DNA from: Escherichia phage AV115
Strand: one strand, 5' to 3'
DNA: 64,000 nt
Sequence record: OR352945.1
Shown: positions 63,810 to 64,000 of the stretch, one piece after another
How the letters are laid out: every line of letters starts with the position of its first letter
Numbering within the stretch: position 1 is the first letter of the stretch
The notes under the pieces: model-generated
What the model saw: the letters and a program-made list of their open reading frames with translations, nothing else
Told to the model about the DNA's origin: nothing
Databases searched by the model: none
Translations under genes and position numbers: made by a program

Positions 63810-64000
63810 ATGGCAATTGTAGGTGTTCCTGGCTGGATTGGTGAATCTGCCGTGAATGAAACTGGACAACGTTGGATGGATGCTGCAATGAAAGCAGTTC
63901 GTGTTTCAGTTCCTGGTTGGATGAGTTCAATGGCTGGGCAATCTAAAGAGATTCATTATAGCATTGGTGCTAGCAATTCTTACAATAAAGACACACTAAT
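63810..64000 (+). CDS. 38: T2-type tail fibre adhesin, N-terminal fragment (partial)
   Basis: MAIVGVPGWIGESAVNETGQRWM resembles the gp37-binding N-terminus of T2-type gp38; runs off window end. Confidence 0.8.
   Translation, partial: MAIVGVPGWIGESAVNETGQRWMDAAMKAVRVSVPGWMSSMAGQSKEIHYSIGASNSYNKDTL

Overview
This window is a contiguous segment of a T4-like (T-even, Tevenvirinae) myovirus genome running from gene 16 to the start of gene 38. Identifications rest on reading the ORF-track translations against remembered T4 protein sequences and on motifs visible in the DNA; no database search was run. The plus strand carries the late structural blocks: terminase 16/17, tail sheath 18, tail tube 19, portal 20, prohead core 67/68/21/22, major capsid 23, vertex 24, baseplate hub 51/27/28/29/48/54 and long tail fibre 34/35/36/37/38. 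The minus strand carries early and middle genes: rnlB, hoc, inh, uvsY, 25/26, alt, DNA ligase 30, rIII, 31, cd, pseT, spanins, alc, rnlA, denA, nrdB, nrdA, td, frd, 32, 59, 33, dsbA and rnh. Two genes are split by group I introns: td (intron carrying I-TevI) and nrdB (intron carrying a short I-TevIII-like remnant). There are three freestanding homing-endonuclease genes (two GIY-YIG Seg-like, one HNH). I found no CRISPR array, tRNA or rRNA. I see no clear evidence of a wholly new multi-gene system. The most unusual content is a DAHP synthase gene translationally coupled to cd, a YbiA/NADAR-like gene in the gene-30 downstream cluster, homing endonucleases in positions that differ from T4 as I remember it, and a T2-type fibre tip (gp37 with C-terminal chaperone plus gp38 adhesin). 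The ORF track accepts GTG/TTG starts, so several starts were moved to an SD-supported ATG. Coordinates derived by hand (promoters, hairpins, the two sub-60-aa ORFs) may be off by 1-2 nt.
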